Assembly: GCA_903843285.1 (NCBI GenBank)
Contig: CAIMPC010000062.1
Location: 8,895-72,894 of the forward strand
Direction of reading: 5' to 3'
Length of the DNA stretch: 64,000 nucleotides
Source of the DNA: Candidatus Omnitrophota bacterium
Lineage (GTDB): Bacteria; Omnitrophota; Gorgyraeia; 2-01-FULL-45-10
In this document: one piece after another, positions 8,670 to 19,300 of the stretch
How positions within the stretch are numbered: position 1 is the stretch's first letter
Layout: each line of letters opens with the position of its first letter
Program-made: the position numbers and the translations under genes
The notes under the pieces: model-generated
Databases searched by the model: none
Seen by the model: only the letters and a program-made list of their open reading frames with translations
What the model was told of the DNA's origin: nothing

Positions 8670-9470
8670 CTATATAAGCTTCTCTTCGCGGAAGGCTTTG
8701 ATATACTCGGCGCAATACTCGTCGCTGGCCAGGAGGGCGTTTGAGGCGGCAAGGCTGGATCTCATATGCTTCTCCCCCGGGTCGATTATCGCAGAATCCA
8801 GACCCTCGCTCATTGCCATCGATAGAAATACGGAATTTATCAATCCTCTATTCGGAAGCCCATATGACACGTTTGATAGTCCGCAGATAGTATTAACCCC
8901 TCCGAGGCCCTTAATCATCCTTATGGACTTCAGATATTCTACGGCCTGAGCCGGTTCGGTGGAGATCGGCCTGATAAGCGCATCTATGTAGAGATCTTCG
9001 ATGTTGAAACCTGCACTCTTAAGTCGTCCCACTATTTGTTCAGCGATCGCCAGACGATCACCTGCAGTTTCGGGCATACCTTTGTCATTCATAGTAAGGG
9101 CCACGAGTTTCGTATTATATTTTATCGCAAGCGGCAATATATTATTTATCCTCGAATCCTCGGCTGTTATGGAATTAATAAACAGCTTTCCTTTACCCTT
9201 ATAAACCTTCAAGCCCTTTTCTATCGCGAGATAGTTTGGACTGTCTATGCATAAATTTATATCCGGGATCTCGCTCTGGATAACACTGATAACCCAATCC
9301 ATATCCTGAAGCTCATCGCCGGATGTGACAGCACAATTAACATCTATATACTCGGCTCCCGCGCCGATCTGCTCCTTAACCTCTTTTAGGATATGCGCGG
9401 CATTCCTCTGGCTTATGGCTTCACGGATCTTAAGCCTTGTGGAATTTATCCTCTCACCTATTATAAGCAT
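8670..9470 (-). CDS. pterin-binding methyltransferase, AcsE/MtrH-like (methyl-THF:corrinoid methyltransferase), paralog 2
   Basis: 266 aa. TIM-barrel pterin-binding motifs (IIGERINSTR...IDVNCA...ICGLSNVSYGLP). Confidence 0.7.
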   Translation of the reverse strand: MLIIGERINSTRLKIREAISQRNAAHILKEVKEQIGAGAEYIDVNCAVTSGDELQDMDWVISVIQSEIPDINLCIDSPNYLAIEKGLKVYKGKGKLFINSITAEDSRINNILPLAIKYNTKLVALTMNDKGMPETAGDRLAIAEQIVGRLKSAGFNIEDLYIDALIRPISTEPAQAVEYLKSIRMIKGLGGVNTICGLSNVSYGLPNRGLINSVFLSMAMSEGLDSAIIDPGEKHMRSSLAASNALLASDEYCAEYIKAFREEKLI

Positions 9471-10415
9471 CTATCCGGAAACCTTTCTCTTCTGATAATT
9501 ACGCTCTATCGTCTTAACGAGATTGGTAAGTACTTCGTTGACCGGCGTCGGAATATTAAGCGCCTTCGCCTGCCTTACTATCGCGCCGTTAATGAATTCT
9601 ATCTCCGTCCTATTCTTATTCAATACGTCCTGCAGCATGCTCGATATATTAGCTGAGGTAGCCCTGCAGACAGACTCGACTTTTTGTATCGGATCATCAT
9701 ATGAAAGTTTTATGCGCTTACGTTTAACCACCTTCACAGACTCCTGGACCGCGCTTCTAAGCACATGCCTGCATTCCTCATCCTCTATTATCGCGCCATT
9801 ACTTAAACCCGTTATAGCCGTGATCGCATTTATACCGGCATTGACTATAAGTTTACTCCATATGACGGAGTCGATATCCCTGGAGACCTTAGTCTCCATG
9901 CCCGCCTTTGTTAGAATGGCCGCAACATCGCGTATGGCGCCCAGGACTCTGCCATCGGCCTTCCCTATCACCGTCTCGCCTTTACCCGCATGGCGCACAT
10001 GTCCAACCCCTAGTAGCGTGGAGCCATGATTAGTAACTCCGGCTATGACCCTGTCAGCTCCAAACTGATCATTAAGTATCTGGACATTCCCCAGGCCATT
10101 CTGCAATGTCAGTATGCTGGTCTTATCCGTTACGATATCTTTTATCTCTTTACAGGCATCTTCCGTCGAATAACTTTTTACGCAAATTATCACGAGATCG
10201 CATGCGCCGATATCCCTGGCATTTGCCGTGGCATTGATCTTTACATTCAATGTAGCATTCAACCCTTCGACTTTTATACCGTCGCTCGAAATTTTCTTAG
10301 CCCTGTCGGAAAATTCGTCCAGAAGCCAGACATCTTCTTTTGCCTTACTCTTCAATAAAGCAGATACGAGGCAGCCTAACGCACCCGGACCTACTACCGC
10401 TATCTTCATAGGCAC
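9471..10415 (-). CDS. panE: 2-dehydropantoate 2-reductase (ketopantoate reductase)
   Basis: 314 aa. N-terminal Rossmann motif KIAVVGPGALG and an ApbA/PanE C-terminal domain. Confidence 0.75.
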   Translation of the reverse strand: MPMKIAVVGPGALGCLVSALLKSKAKEDVWLLDEFSDRAKKISSDGIKVEGLNATLNVKINATANARDIGACDLVIICVKSYSTEDACKEIKDIVTDKTSILTLQNGLGNVQILNDQFGADRVIAGVTNHGSTLLGVGHVRHAGKGETVIGKADGRVLGAIRDVAAILTKAGMETKVSRDIDSVIWSKLIVNAGINAITAITGLSNGAIIEDEECRHVLRSAVQESVKVVKRKRIKLSYDDPIQKVESVCRATSANISSMLQDVLNKNRTEIEFINGAIVRQAKALNIPTPVNEVLTNLVKTIERNYQKRKVSG

Positions 10416-10454
10416 ACCTCTTATTGGCTTGTAATATATATAAAACGGACTTCT

Positions 10455-10491
10455 AGATTCTTCGTTGGGCTAAAGCCATCCTCAGAATGAC
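10455..10491. repeat. REP/MITE-like palindromic unit (AGATTCTTCGTtGGGCTAAAGCCatCCTCAGAATGAC)
   Basis: Intergenic. Same unit family as at 24451-24539, 40773-40857, 59653-59692 and 60216-60393. Confidence 0.7.
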
Positions 10492-10517
10492 ATGCACTTC
10501 TATAGCTAAGCTATTAC

Positions 10518-11360
10518 CTATTTCTTCTTAAGTTTTTTCAGCTCTTCATCTTTTATCGTAAAGGTATGCTCCGGAGCTGGAAATTTACCGCTCTCGACAT
10601 CCGATATATATTTTTCAATCGCATCTTTCGCCAGGGATGATACGTTAAGATACTGCTTAACAAACTTAGGAACAAACTTATCGAACAAACCGAGCATATC
10701 GTAAGTAACGAGCACCTGACCGTCACAGTAAGGCCCCGCGCCGCAGCTTATAGTTGGTATCTTTAATCTTTCCGTTATTATCTTGGCCACCTTATCCGGA
10801 ACGCATTCGAGCACAATCGCGAAACAACCTGCGCTCTCGAGCCGCAGTGCCTGATCGAGGATCTTTAACGCAGACTCCCGGTCCTTACCCTGGACTTTGT
10901 ACCCGCCAAGTTTGGATACGGTCTGGGGGGTCAGCCCTAAATGTCCCAATACCGGAATTCCAGCATCTACTATCGCGCGCGTAGCTCCTATCACCTCATC
11001 GCCACCCTCGAGCTTCACGGCATCGCATCCTGCCTCTTTCAAAAAACGTCCGGCATTGCGCACAGCTTCTTCTTTAGAAACCTGGTATGACATGAACGGC
11101 ATATCGCCGATCAGAAAGGACGATCTGGTGCCGCGCCTGACGGCTTTCGAGTGATGTATCATCTCATCCATGGTCACAGGCACCGTAGAATCATATCCGA
11201 GCACAACCATCCCGAGTGAATCGCCCACCAAGATCACATCAATCCCGGCATCATCGACTATACGCGCCATCGGATAATCATACGCGGTCAGCATGGTGAT
11301 CTTCTTACCCTCGCGCTTTTTAGCGCGCAAATCACCGATCATAATCTTCTTTCGCTCCAT
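10518..11360 (-). CDS. panB: 3-methyl-2-oxobutanoate hydroxymethyltransferase
   Basis: 280 aa. Typical PanB motifs (MLTAYDYP...VGDSLGMV...LEGG). Confidence 0.85.
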   Translation of the reverse strand: MERKKIMIGDLRAKKREGKKITMLTAYDYPMARIVDDAGIDVILVGDSLGMVVLGYDSTVPVTMDEMIHHSKAVRRGTRSSFLIGDMPFMSYQVSKEEAVRNAGRFLKEAGCDAVKLEGGDEVIGATRAIVDAGIPVLGHLGLTPQTVSKLGGYKVQGKDRESALKILDQALRLESAGCFAIVLECVPDKVAKIITERLKIPTISCGAGPYCDGQVLVTYDMLGLFDKFVPKFVKQYLNVSSLAKDAIEKYISDVESGKFPAPEHTFTIKDEELKKLKKK

Positions 11361-11369
11361 ATATCTCCC

Positions 11370-12167
11370 TTACCTCTTCCTGTATGCGTCGAGAAACGAA
11401 TCGCAATAGATGTTTTTGTTCAATATGAGATCCGCCGTAATCATCGCATCCATTAATTCCTGGTCCAGCGGATCGAGGATCGCGGATGTCAGGCCGCAAG
11501 CCATCGCCATCGTCAGAAAAGTCCTGTTCAACAAGCCGCGATTGCCTTTTGTGCCCTGAGAAACGTTCGAAAGTCCGATCACGGTATTCGGCGCAGGATT
11601 ACAAAGCATCCTGAGTTCGCGTATCGTCTCGAGAACCTCTTTCCCCTGAGCCTGAGCCACATTGACCGGCATTGCTATGGGATCGAGATATAGGTCATCC
11701 GGACTTATTCCGAATTCCATGGCCTTGGCAATAATCTTTGCGGCAAGTTCCAGCCTATTATCCTTTGAATTAGGAACGCCGGACTTGTCCATAGCGACGC
11801 CGATCACCTGAGCATTATATTTCTTAGCGAGCCGAAAGACGACCGACATCTTATCGTCATCGGCGCTGGTCGAATTTATAACGACACGATTGACCGATAC
11901 CTTCAGGGCTTCCTCTATAACATCGGTCTTCGTCGAATCTATAGATAGCGCAACGGTAACAACCTTCTGGATGCTCTCGACCAGCCATTTCATATCATCC
12001 ACAGGTTTAGAGGAATATGGCCCTGCGCTTATATCGAGAATATTCGCTCCGGCTCTCACCTGCTCTTCGGCTAAATGCTGAATGACATCTGTCTCTCTGT
12101 TAGATATGGCCTTGCTGACATCCTTATACATACCGTTAATAAGTTCGCCTATTATTATCAATTTCAA
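11370..12167 (-). CDS. acsE: methyltetrahydrofolate:corrinoid/iron-sulfur protein methyltransferase (AcsE-like), paralog 1
   Basis: 265 aa pterin-binding domain protein, immediately downstream of acsD. Confidence 0.75.
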   Translation of the reverse strand: MKLIIIGELINGMYKDVSKAISNRETDVIQHLAEEQVRAGANILDISAGPYSSKPVDDMKWLVESIQKVVTVALSIDSTKTDVIEEALKVSVNRVVINSTSADDDKMSVVFRLAKKYNAQVIGVAMDKSGVPNSKDNRLELAAKIIAKAMEFGISPDDLYLDPIAMPVNVAQAQGKEVLETIRELRMLCNPAPNTVIGLSNVSQGTKGNRGLLNRTFLTMAMACGLTSAILDPLDQELMDAMITADLILNKNIYCDSFLDAYRKR

Positions 12168-12182
12168 TCCTCCCGGGAATAA

Positions 12183-13106
12183 CTACTTAGTCATGATCCA
12201 ATCTATATATCTCCTGACAGATCTGGCTGCATCCGGATGACGCATCACTATCAAATCGGCCCCGGCCTGGAGAAGAGATGTCGATGTAACTACTTCCCAA
12301 TTAATGCCCTGAACACTGCCAAACTCTTTAGCCTCTTTGGTCTTCCATGTTTCTGCGCCGACGAATACTATAAATGGCATCGCCAGCATCTTGTCACCCA
12401 CAAAAGCCGCAAGGCGGCTTCTCTCCATGATCGAATATACATACTCCATACCATATCCGAGCGACGTCGTGGTCGGATGCATCACTATACGCTTTGCATC
12501 GAACCCCATATCGCTTATAAGTATATTTACCTGCTTGGCGATATTGACATCTATCGGGGAGTCCGCTATTATCGAATGCCCGTCGGCAAGGCATGTGGCG
12601 GTCAACGTCTTATAATTATTCTGAGATGCGACGCCAAGCAGGCAATTCTCGCCCTTCAGCGCCTGGCTGACCTTAGGCATGATATCGTTATCACGCTCCT
12701 CATCTCCCGAACCCAACACTATCAAAGGAACGCCTGTCTTGCTGGCTATAGCCCTTAACACAACGAGAGCTTCATCGATCGGCCTGGAACCGTAATCGGG
12801 GTGCATGCTGGCAAGCCTGACGCATAGCGCCCGGGCCCCAAAATCTTCTACGCATGCCTTCGCCCATTTAACGGGATCTTTGACGACATTGCCATATGCA
12901 TTTATTATATGCTCCGACCAATCCTCCGGCGGACAATCCAATATCTCATATGCCACTACGGGAGGATTCGGCATCTCTCCTTCATCGAACAGAAATGGAA
13001 ATGTGCTCTGGCCGCCTATCTTAATAGACGGACATAGCGCCCCTTTCCCTATCTCCACCGTATTAATCGGGCCGCTATATTTTTCTTTAATAAGCTCTAC
13101 GGTCAT
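12183..13106 (-). CDS. acsD: corrinoid iron-sulfur protein small subunit (acetyl-CoA decarbonylase/synthase delta, AcsD/CdhD)
   Basis: 307 aa. CdhD family TIM-barrel. Sits between cooC and acsE. Confidence 0.8.
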   Translation of the reverse strand: MTVELIKEKYSGPINTVEIGKGALCPSIKIGGQSTFPFLFDEGEMPNPPVVAYEILDCPPEDWSEHIINAYGNVVKDPVKWAKACVEDFGARALCVRLASMHPDYGSRPIDEALVVLRAIASKTGVPLIVLGSGDEERDNDIMPKVSQALKGENCLLGVASQNNYKTLTATCLADGHSIIADSPIDVNIAKQVNILISDMGFDAKRIVMHPTTTSLGYGMEYVYSIMERSRLAAFVGDKMLAMPFIVFVGAETWKTKEAKEFGSVQGINWEVVTSTSLLQAGADLIVMRHPDAARSVRRYIDWIMTK

Positions 13107-13108
13107 AT

Positions 13109-13861
13109 CTAATTCCCCATTACTTTCTGAAATATGCCTGCAATTTTGCCATTGATCACATCGTCGTCGAATCCCAATATCGGCTCTCCCGAAATATTTC
13201 GCTCCATGAGCGCCTGGCTATACGGCACATCTCCGGAGATCTCCATACCGGAACCATCGATCTCCGCTTTTAATGCCGACAGAGGCCCCAACACTCTATT
13301 TATCACTATATAAGCGCCGCCTATCCTTATCTTCAGCCTTTTCGCAAGGCCATATATCTTTTTGGCCGCGCGCACGCCCGTAATAGAGTAATCGCTTACA
13401 AGCAGAAGCTTCGTTATATCGCCCTCCGTACGGCGCGATATGTGCTCCATGCCGGCGGCATTATCTATCACGACGAAATCGTAGCTCTTAGTTATCCGCT
13501 CTATTATAGCTCTTAATAGGCTATTAACGTAGCAATAGCATCCGGGACCTTCGGGCGCACCCATAACCAGAAGGTCGAAATACTTAGTCTCGGTAATCGA
13601 CTCCTGAACCTTCATCTCTATAAATCTATCCTTAGTAATACCGGATGGTATTTTATCCATATTCTTCGAAATATCATCACAGATGCCCACTATGGTCTCC
13701 GGATCTTTTACTCCCAGCGCCTCGGCAAAACAAGAGTTAGGGTCGGCATCAATCGCAAGTATGGAGCACTTCTTTTGCTTAATAAGCTCGGCGACTATCA
13801 AGCCGGCTATCGTAGTCTTACCGGTCCCCCCTTTACCGTTAACGGCTATAACCGTACCGAT
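13109..13861 (-). CDS. cooC: CooC/AcsF-type Ni-insertion ATPase (CODH/ACS maturation factor). Start codon unresolved.
   Basis: The MinD/ParA-type P-loop VIAVNGKGGTGKTT is encoded upstream of the TTG that the ORF track uses as its start. The frame stays open up to a TGA at 13910-13912 and contains no ATG, GTG or TTG before the P-loop. The best candidate start is ATC at 13859-13861, preceded by GGGAGG. Confidence 0.6.
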   Translation of the reverse strand: MGTVIAVNGKGGTGKTTIAGLIVAELIKQKKCSILAIDADPNSCFAEALGVKDPETIVGICDDISKNMDKIPSGITKDRFIEMKVQESITETKYFDLLVMGAPEGPGCYCYVNSLLRAIIERITKSYDFVVIDNAAGMEHISRRTEGDITKLLLVSDYSITGVRAAKKIYGLAKRLKIRIGGAYIVINRVLGPLSALKAEIDGSGMEISGDVPYSQALMERNISGEPILGFDDDVINGKIAGIFQKVMGN

Positions 13862-15738
13862 GGGAACCTCCCGATATCCGTATGCGGAAAAAAGAGCGCG
13901 GCCATATATTCATCCATGTATCCCGCTTCCGAACTTAAATCCAGATAAGTAATGTTCCTATATATCTCGTTAGTCACATCCAGCGCATCGCGCGATCTCA
14001 CCGACATCCTTGCGCCTGCGAGCGATGAATTGCCGATAAATTCGTAAACATTCCGTCCGACATCGGGTAATAAGCCTATAAAAATCGAATTCTCGATATT
14101 CAGATAGTTGCCAAACCCGCCGGCAATGTATATCTTCTTAACTTCCGAAATATTCTTTCCCACCTTATTCAATATAGCGATAATGGCGCTATAAATGGCC
14201 GCCTTAGATCTTTTGATGTTTTCAATGTCATCATCCTGGATCACAATATCGCGTCCTATTCCGGTCTCGGGCGCAAACGCCACTACAAACTCATAATTAT
14301 TCTCGCTCTTACGGATCCTTCGCGATCCTGTATCACGATTTATCTTACCGTCTTTACTTATTGCGCCCCTTTTAAGCATCTGACAAAGCAGGTCGATATA
14401 TCCCGATCCGCAGATACCTTTGGGCGGACTTCCGGCAATGGTCTCAAACCTCACATCCATATTGGGGTCGATCGCGACCTTCTGTATTGCGCCGCTAACA
14501 GCCTTCATTCCGCACGATAGCCCGCTGCCCTCAAATGCCGGCCCCGCGCTTGCGGCAGAGCCCATCATCCATTCCCTGTTACCGAGGACAATCTCTCCAT
14601 TAGTCCCTATATCGATAAGCAGAGTAAGCTCCTCGTTCTCGGCAAGCCCGCAGGCCAATATCCCCGAAACTATATCACCTCCGATATACGTGCTTACACC
14701 GGGTATAAAAGTGGCTATGCCCTTAGGGCTTATATTAATTCCAACCTCTCTGGCATTCATGGTCGGGAATGCGCTTAGGGTGGGAACGTACGGCGCTTTA
14801 CGTATCTCTGCGGGGTCTATCTTAAGGAGCAGGTGCATCATAGTCATGTTGCCCGATGCAACCACAGCATAAACATTGCCCGCATTAATTTTACATAAAT
14901 TTATCAGGTCCTCAATTATTTCATTAATATTATCGAGTATAGCGCTATTCAGTTTTTCCATGCCTCCGGGCTCATCGGCGAAGACTATCCTGGTAATAAC
15001 GTCCGCGCCATAGACCGACTGTTTATTAAATGCTATCCTGGTGCCTAATATAGCGCCCGAAACCAGATCTATGAGCTGGCCTACGACCGTTGTGGTTCCT
15101 ATATCAAACGCAAATGCGAAGCTAATGGCCGTGGTATCGCCGGGTTCGAACGATAGTATCTCCATGGCCCCTTCCTTATACGCAATGACCGCCGTTACTT
15201 TAAAATCGCTTTCACGCAGAACCTCGCTTAAGTGTTTTAAGTTAGCGAGCCTCGTAGAAAGACGCAATCCGTTAACCCTGATCTTAAGGGCATCAATAAT
15301 GCGATCCATATCGCTGGTATTGTCATCGACCGTGGGCTTAGACAGCTCGAGATATATTTTATTTATTATGGGGACGGGCTTAAACAGTCCCTCTCTCTGA
15401 AGTATTACTCCTTTAGCAAAGTCCTCCGCCCAATGGCTCATGTGCTCATGCGTCGCTACAGATTCTTTGGGGATTTCCACGACCAGATCGCTTTCGACTA
15501 TCGTCTGGCACGCCAATACAATACCTTTTTCTCTGCCCGGTATATTAATAAATCGTGATGAGTCCGTCTTAATCTTTCCGCTCGTTATATTGACAAGGCA
15601 TTTTCCGCACGTGCCCTCACCTCCGCACGATGCGTTCAGAATAATGCCGGCCTTAGTTGCGGCGCTCAGGAGATCCGTTCCATGAGGCACAGCCACAGAT
15701 TTATCGTGGTCTGTGAACGTTATTTTAAATTCCTGCAT
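13846..15738 (-). CDS. reductive activator of corrinoid protein (RACo): 2Fe-2S ferredoxin domain plus ASKHA ATPase
   Basis: 630 aa. N-terminal CGGEGTCGKC ferredoxin motif. ASKHA/DUF4445 body. Confidence 0.8.
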   Translation of the reverse strand: MQEFKITFTDHDKSVAVPHGTDLLSAATKAGIILNASCGGEGTCGKCLVNITSGKIKTDSSRFINIPGREKGIVLACQTIVESDLVVEIPKESVATHEHMSHWAEDFAKGVILQREGLFKPVPIINKIYLELSKPTVDDNTSDMDRIIDALKIRVNGLRLSTRLANLKHLSEVLRESDFKVTAVIAYKEGAMEILSFEPGDTTAISFAFAFDIGTTTVVGQLIDLVSGAILGTRIAFNKQSVYGADVITRIVFADEPGGMEKLNSAILDNINEIIEDLINLCKINAGNVYAVVASGNMTMMHLLLKIDPAEIRKAPYVPTLSAFPTMNAREVGINISPKGIATFIPGVSTYIGGDIVSGILACGLAENEELTLLIDIGTNGEIVLGNREWMMGSAASAGPAFEGSGLSCGMKAVSGAIQKVAIDPNMDVRFETIAGSPPKGICGSGYIDLLCQMLKRGAISKDGKINRDTGSRRIRKSENNYEFVVAFAPETGIGRDIVIQDDDIENIKRSKAAIYSAIIAILNKVGKNISEVKKIYIAGGFGNYLNIENSIFIGLLPDVGRNVYEFIGNSSLAGARMSVRSRDALDVTNEIYRNITYLDLSSEAGYMDEYMAALFFPHTDIGRFPSVRL

Positions 15739-17076
15739 CTATTCCTTCCAGTTTCTTAGATAGTTTATTATGCCGGAAGCCTCTCTGGGCCCGACAGATA
15801 TCTTCCATCCGGAGATCTCCTCCAGCTTACCACTCATAACGGCTACATATCCCGGTATCGTCAACGTGCGATGCGCTACCATATCCTCGATACCGGACTT
15901 CTTCAGCACTTCAGTGATCTTCTCGGCCGTAAATTTGTCCGCAGCCCAGGCAGTAAGCACCGACATGCCTTCGGCATCACAGCATATTATGTATGACGGC
16001 ACTTTGCTCGATTCCACTTCGGAGGCCACCGTAAAGTATGTTATCGAGAAATTCGTAGTAACCAGGACGGGCGAATCTTTGGTGACCTTGCCAATCTTAT
16101 AAATGTTCGGCTCGACCTGAACCGGTTTCTGGGGATCCTGATAAATATCCTGCCGCGCAACCAGAAGCGGGAAAATAAATTCCTTATCCATATTCTTCAT
16201 GACCACGATGCCGGCATACTTCATCATATACGATACAGCTTCAGATAATTCCAGCTCCGGATCGGCGTTCTCTGTAAAAGCGATTATCGGATAACCCAGA
16301 GGCCTAAAATTCTTTTTAAGCGCAAGACGCCTCATGTAGGTATAATCCTGGATGCGCCCTGATAAGCCGGTTGACTTTAGATTTATCAGAATATCCTCCA
16401 CTCCGCCGGCCCTGGCTTTAGAAACTGCCTCGGCCGCCTCATCTATGCCAGAGCAGGTAATGGCGAGCGGCAGTTTATTCTCGCGGGCTAAACTTATAAA
16501 ATTGTCCGGGAAGGTCCTATCTCCGCAGATTATAAGAGGCCTCTTATCTTTGCACATCTTCACAGCTTCCTGCATGGATTCAGCATCACGGCTGTAGAGA
16601 GCAATGGCTACTTTGGATGCGGCCTCTACGGCGCTGACAGCCATCATGAATTTATTGCGATAACCCGAGGAATTTTTAACACATATGAGATTGGCGCCTA
16701 TCGTCTGGCCCACCCGCTCAAATTTCAGATTATTTATCTTCGAGACTGCCGCGCTGATCTCTTCCTCGCTCATGGAATCTTCGATGAGAATTCCTATGGC
16801 GGTCGGATTATGGAACTTCTGCTCATGCCGGAACATTACCGTCTCGTTACCTACCTCAAACTTAGCATCGCCTGTGCCTATGGATACCAGCCTGATTGGC
16901 GGCTGGGCGGCTGACTCCAGGGCGTCTTTGGCCTGCGCGGTAATGTGCGGACACTTATCGAGCGGGATCTTCTTCTGGGCAAGAGCCATAGCCATAGCAA
17001 GGCATGTGGCAAAACCGCAATCTTTGCAATTAGTTTTCGGTAAAAGTTTATATATATCTAATCCTGTCAGTGCCAT
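15739..17076 (-). CDS. acsC: corrinoid iron-sulfur protein large subunit (AcsC/CdhE)
   Basis: 445 aa. N-terminal 4Fe-4S motif CKDCGFATC. B12-binding domain. Confidence 0.85.
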   Translation of the reverse strand: MALTGLDIYKLLPKTNCKDCGFATCLAMAMALAQKKIPLDKCPHITAQAKDALESAAQPPIRLVSIGTGDAKFEVGNETVMFRHEQKFHNPTAIGILIEDSMSEEEISAAVSKINNLKFERVGQTIGANLICVKNSSGYRNKFMMAVSAVEAASKVAIALYSRDAESMQEAVKMCKDKRPLIICGDRTFPDNFISLARENKLPLAITCSGIDEAAEAVSKARAGGVEDILINLKSTGLSGRIQDYTYMRRLALKKNFRPLGYPIIAFTENADPELELSEAVSYMMKYAGIVVMKNMDKEFIFPLLVARQDIYQDPQKPVQVEPNIYKIGKVTKDSPVLVTTNFSITYFTVASEVESSKVPSYIICCDAEGMSVLTAWAADKFTAEKITEVLKKSGIEDMVAHRTLTIPGYVAVMSGKLEEISGWKISVGPREASGIINYLRNWKE

Positions 17077-17092
17077 ATTATCTCTATATCTC

Positions 17093-19276
17093 TCAGATCA
17101 TTGAGGGCATAGTCAGCGCCGGATGGCCGACTTTAGTCAGATAGTCGACGAGAGCCGCTGTATCCGTAGCCACGGTCTCATCCGCTATCTTATCCAATAG
17201 ATCCGGCTCTCCAATCTCTTTAGCCCTAATTTTCAGCTTGTCAGCGAGGGATTCCTTCATTTCCTTCGTCATCCACACCACTCGCTTCAATCCGCCCTCA
17301 GCGGATATAAACTTTTTACTAACCACATATAGCCTACCGACACCGAGAAACCCGGGCGTCTGTACCCCTCCGCCTACGGTGCTGGCAAGGGTCGTAAACT
17401 TCATTCCGGAGGGCGTAGGTCCAGTATACTCACGATTGACTACCATCACGCCATTGGCCTCAGGAACTATCGCCACTACGCACTCGAAGCATCCGCACGA
17501 TGTCATGGGCGATTCCATTATCGAATATGCGGCCATCTGAGTAGTGCGTTGGTGCGAGCTATCGGTGACAAAATTATTAACACCCTCCCAAATCCCCTTA
17601 TTCAGGTCTATCTCTTTCCCCTTTTTTATGGGCTGGTTTCCGCCGGTGGGTGTTATCTCATGTGCGGCCTTCGCATCGAGCCATGAGTATGCGCCACACA
17701 ATCCCAGCCTTTCCGGGCTCACCACGCAGACGTGATCGGGCGCGAAACTCTGGCATAGCGTACAGCTATAGAATGTATCGACCGATTCGTCCGTCATCCC
17801 AGCTATTCTATTATCTCTGGCTTCATAAACTCCCTTTACTTCCGGCAATAATCTATCTACGTCAGCCTGGGTTGTGTATATCGTAACCTGGACTTTATCT
17901 ATAATCGCACCATATTCATCATGTAGTTTTGCGACCAGTATGTCTCCAAGGTGATGCATTTTAAAGCCGGCCTTTCTGGCATCCTTAGATATGCGCACCC
18001 AATTCATATCACGCTGGCCCATATGGAATATGCCCATGGCATAATTCAGAAACTTATGTATCTGACGTTCGAGTATCGGCTCAAACTCGGCGCTCATCTT
18101 CCTCCCGGCAACCTCTATCAATATGCCAAGCGGATGACTGGAACCCTCCTCCATATGATTTACTTCCGGCCCGACCACGGCGACCTTACGGTCTTCTACC
18201 TGGTCCATCTTCTTCATCCTGAGATATTCGAATGCCTTTGAGTCCTTGCCGCCGAACTGCACGAACATATCGGCCTTCCTGACACGTTCGCCCTCGAACG
18301 CCGCTGAGAATGGAACGGGCACCGGAACCTGCGCCACCTTAACCTTTATCCCGCGCGCTTCGATAGCCGTAGGTACGATCTTTCCATAATCATTCTGGCT
18401 GACTAAACACTCTTCGTGTGCGCATACACCGGACGACTTTATCTCGGGAAGATCCAGATCGGTTATTATAGGCACTCCCGCGGCTAACGCTCCGGCGCCG
18501 GCGGCGGCCTTTATCTCGTCCACGCCTCCCAAAAGTAATACAAACGCCGGCACTCTATTTCTCACATAGTCGACGCAGGCGCTGGCATTACCTGCCTTTA
18601 TACCGCCAAATGTGAGCGCGGCTCTTATAGCGAAGTTCAGAACATAAACGACAGAGGCCGTATCCCTTCCGAACGGCACAACATAGCTTTCGAGACCCGT
18701 ATGCAGACCCCCTTCTTTCAGCTGATCGATAATACTAACACCGTCGACACTGTCACCGATAAGAGTAAGAATATTCCTCTTCTGGAGATCTCGCACGATA
18801 TTGACGGCGGTCTTCGCATCCGGCGCTTTCCCTAACACAACGGCTATCCCCGAAATCCTGCCATCTACGAGCTGAATACCGAGCGATCTTAACAGTGTAT
18901 CCGAGAAGAAACCGGAGCAACCGGCCTGCGGCTGGGTGCCATAAAGATATCCGAGGGCGCATAAAATTTCCGCAGATAGTATGGTAGCTACGCCGCCGCT
19001 CAGCGCTTCAGTTAATTTGACATCCCGGCCTAAGGCGTTGGGCAGAAAGGTCTTCGCTTTATCGAGAATCTTTTTAGCATCACTAAGATTTCTGGCCTCG
19101 GAGCCAAGTAAAGCATTTGCCAGCGGCAAGTAAAACGCAGTCTCAGGAAACGCTATGGCCTGGGCTTCGCCCTTATCTTTAATAGCTTTAATTAATTCTC
19201 CATCGGCAAGATCTACGACCGACCTTGCGCCTTTGACCATCAAACCGGCTACATCCTGAACGGTAATTTTTGACAT
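17093..19276 (-). CDS. acsB: CO-methylating acetyl-CoA synthase (ACS beta subunit, AcsB/CdhC)
   Basis: 727 aa. A-cluster Cys motifs including CGCFEC. Confidence 0.85.
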   Translation of the reverse strand: MSKITVQDVAGLMVKGARSVVDLADGELIKAIKDKGEAQAIAFPETAFYLPLANALLGSEARNLSDAKKILDKAKTFLPNALGRDVKLTEALSGGVATILSAEILCALGYLYGTQPQAGCSGFFSDTLLRSLGIQLVDGRISGIAVVLGKAPDAKTAVNIVRDLQKRNILTLIGDSVDGVSIIDQLKEGGLHTGLESYVVPFGRDTASVVYVLNFAIRAALTFGGIKAGNASACVDYVRNRVPAFVLLLGGVDEIKAAAGAGALAAGVPIITDLDLPEIKSSGVCAHEECLVSQNDYGKIVPTAIEARGIKVKVAQVPVPVPFSAAFEGERVRKADMFVQFGGKDSKAFEYLRMKKMDQVEDRKVAVVGPEVNHMEEGSSHPLGILIEVAGRKMSAEFEPILERQIHKFLNYAMGIFHMGQRDMNWVRISKDARKAGFKMHHLGDILVAKLHDEYGAIIDKVQVTIYTTQADVDRLLPEVKGVYEARDNRIAGMTDESVDTFYSCTLCQSFAPDHVCVVSPERLGLCGAYSWLDAKAAHEITPTGGNQPIKKGKEIDLNKGIWEGVNNFVTDSSHQRTTQMAAYSIMESPMTSCGCFECVVAIVPEANGVMVVNREYTGPTPSGMKFTTLASTVGGGVQTPGFLGVGRLYVVSKKFISAEGGLKRVVWMTKEMKESLADKLKIRAKEIGEPDLLDKIADETVATDTAALVDYLTKVGHPALTMPSMI

Positions 19277-19300
19277 AAATAATTATTGGCTCCTATATAA

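Noticed and set aside
13109-13801. Track start (TTG at 13801) for the CooC-like gene
   Set aside because: The Walker A motif is encoded upstream of this TTG in the same open frame, so the real start must be further 5'. See the finding on the candidate ATC start.
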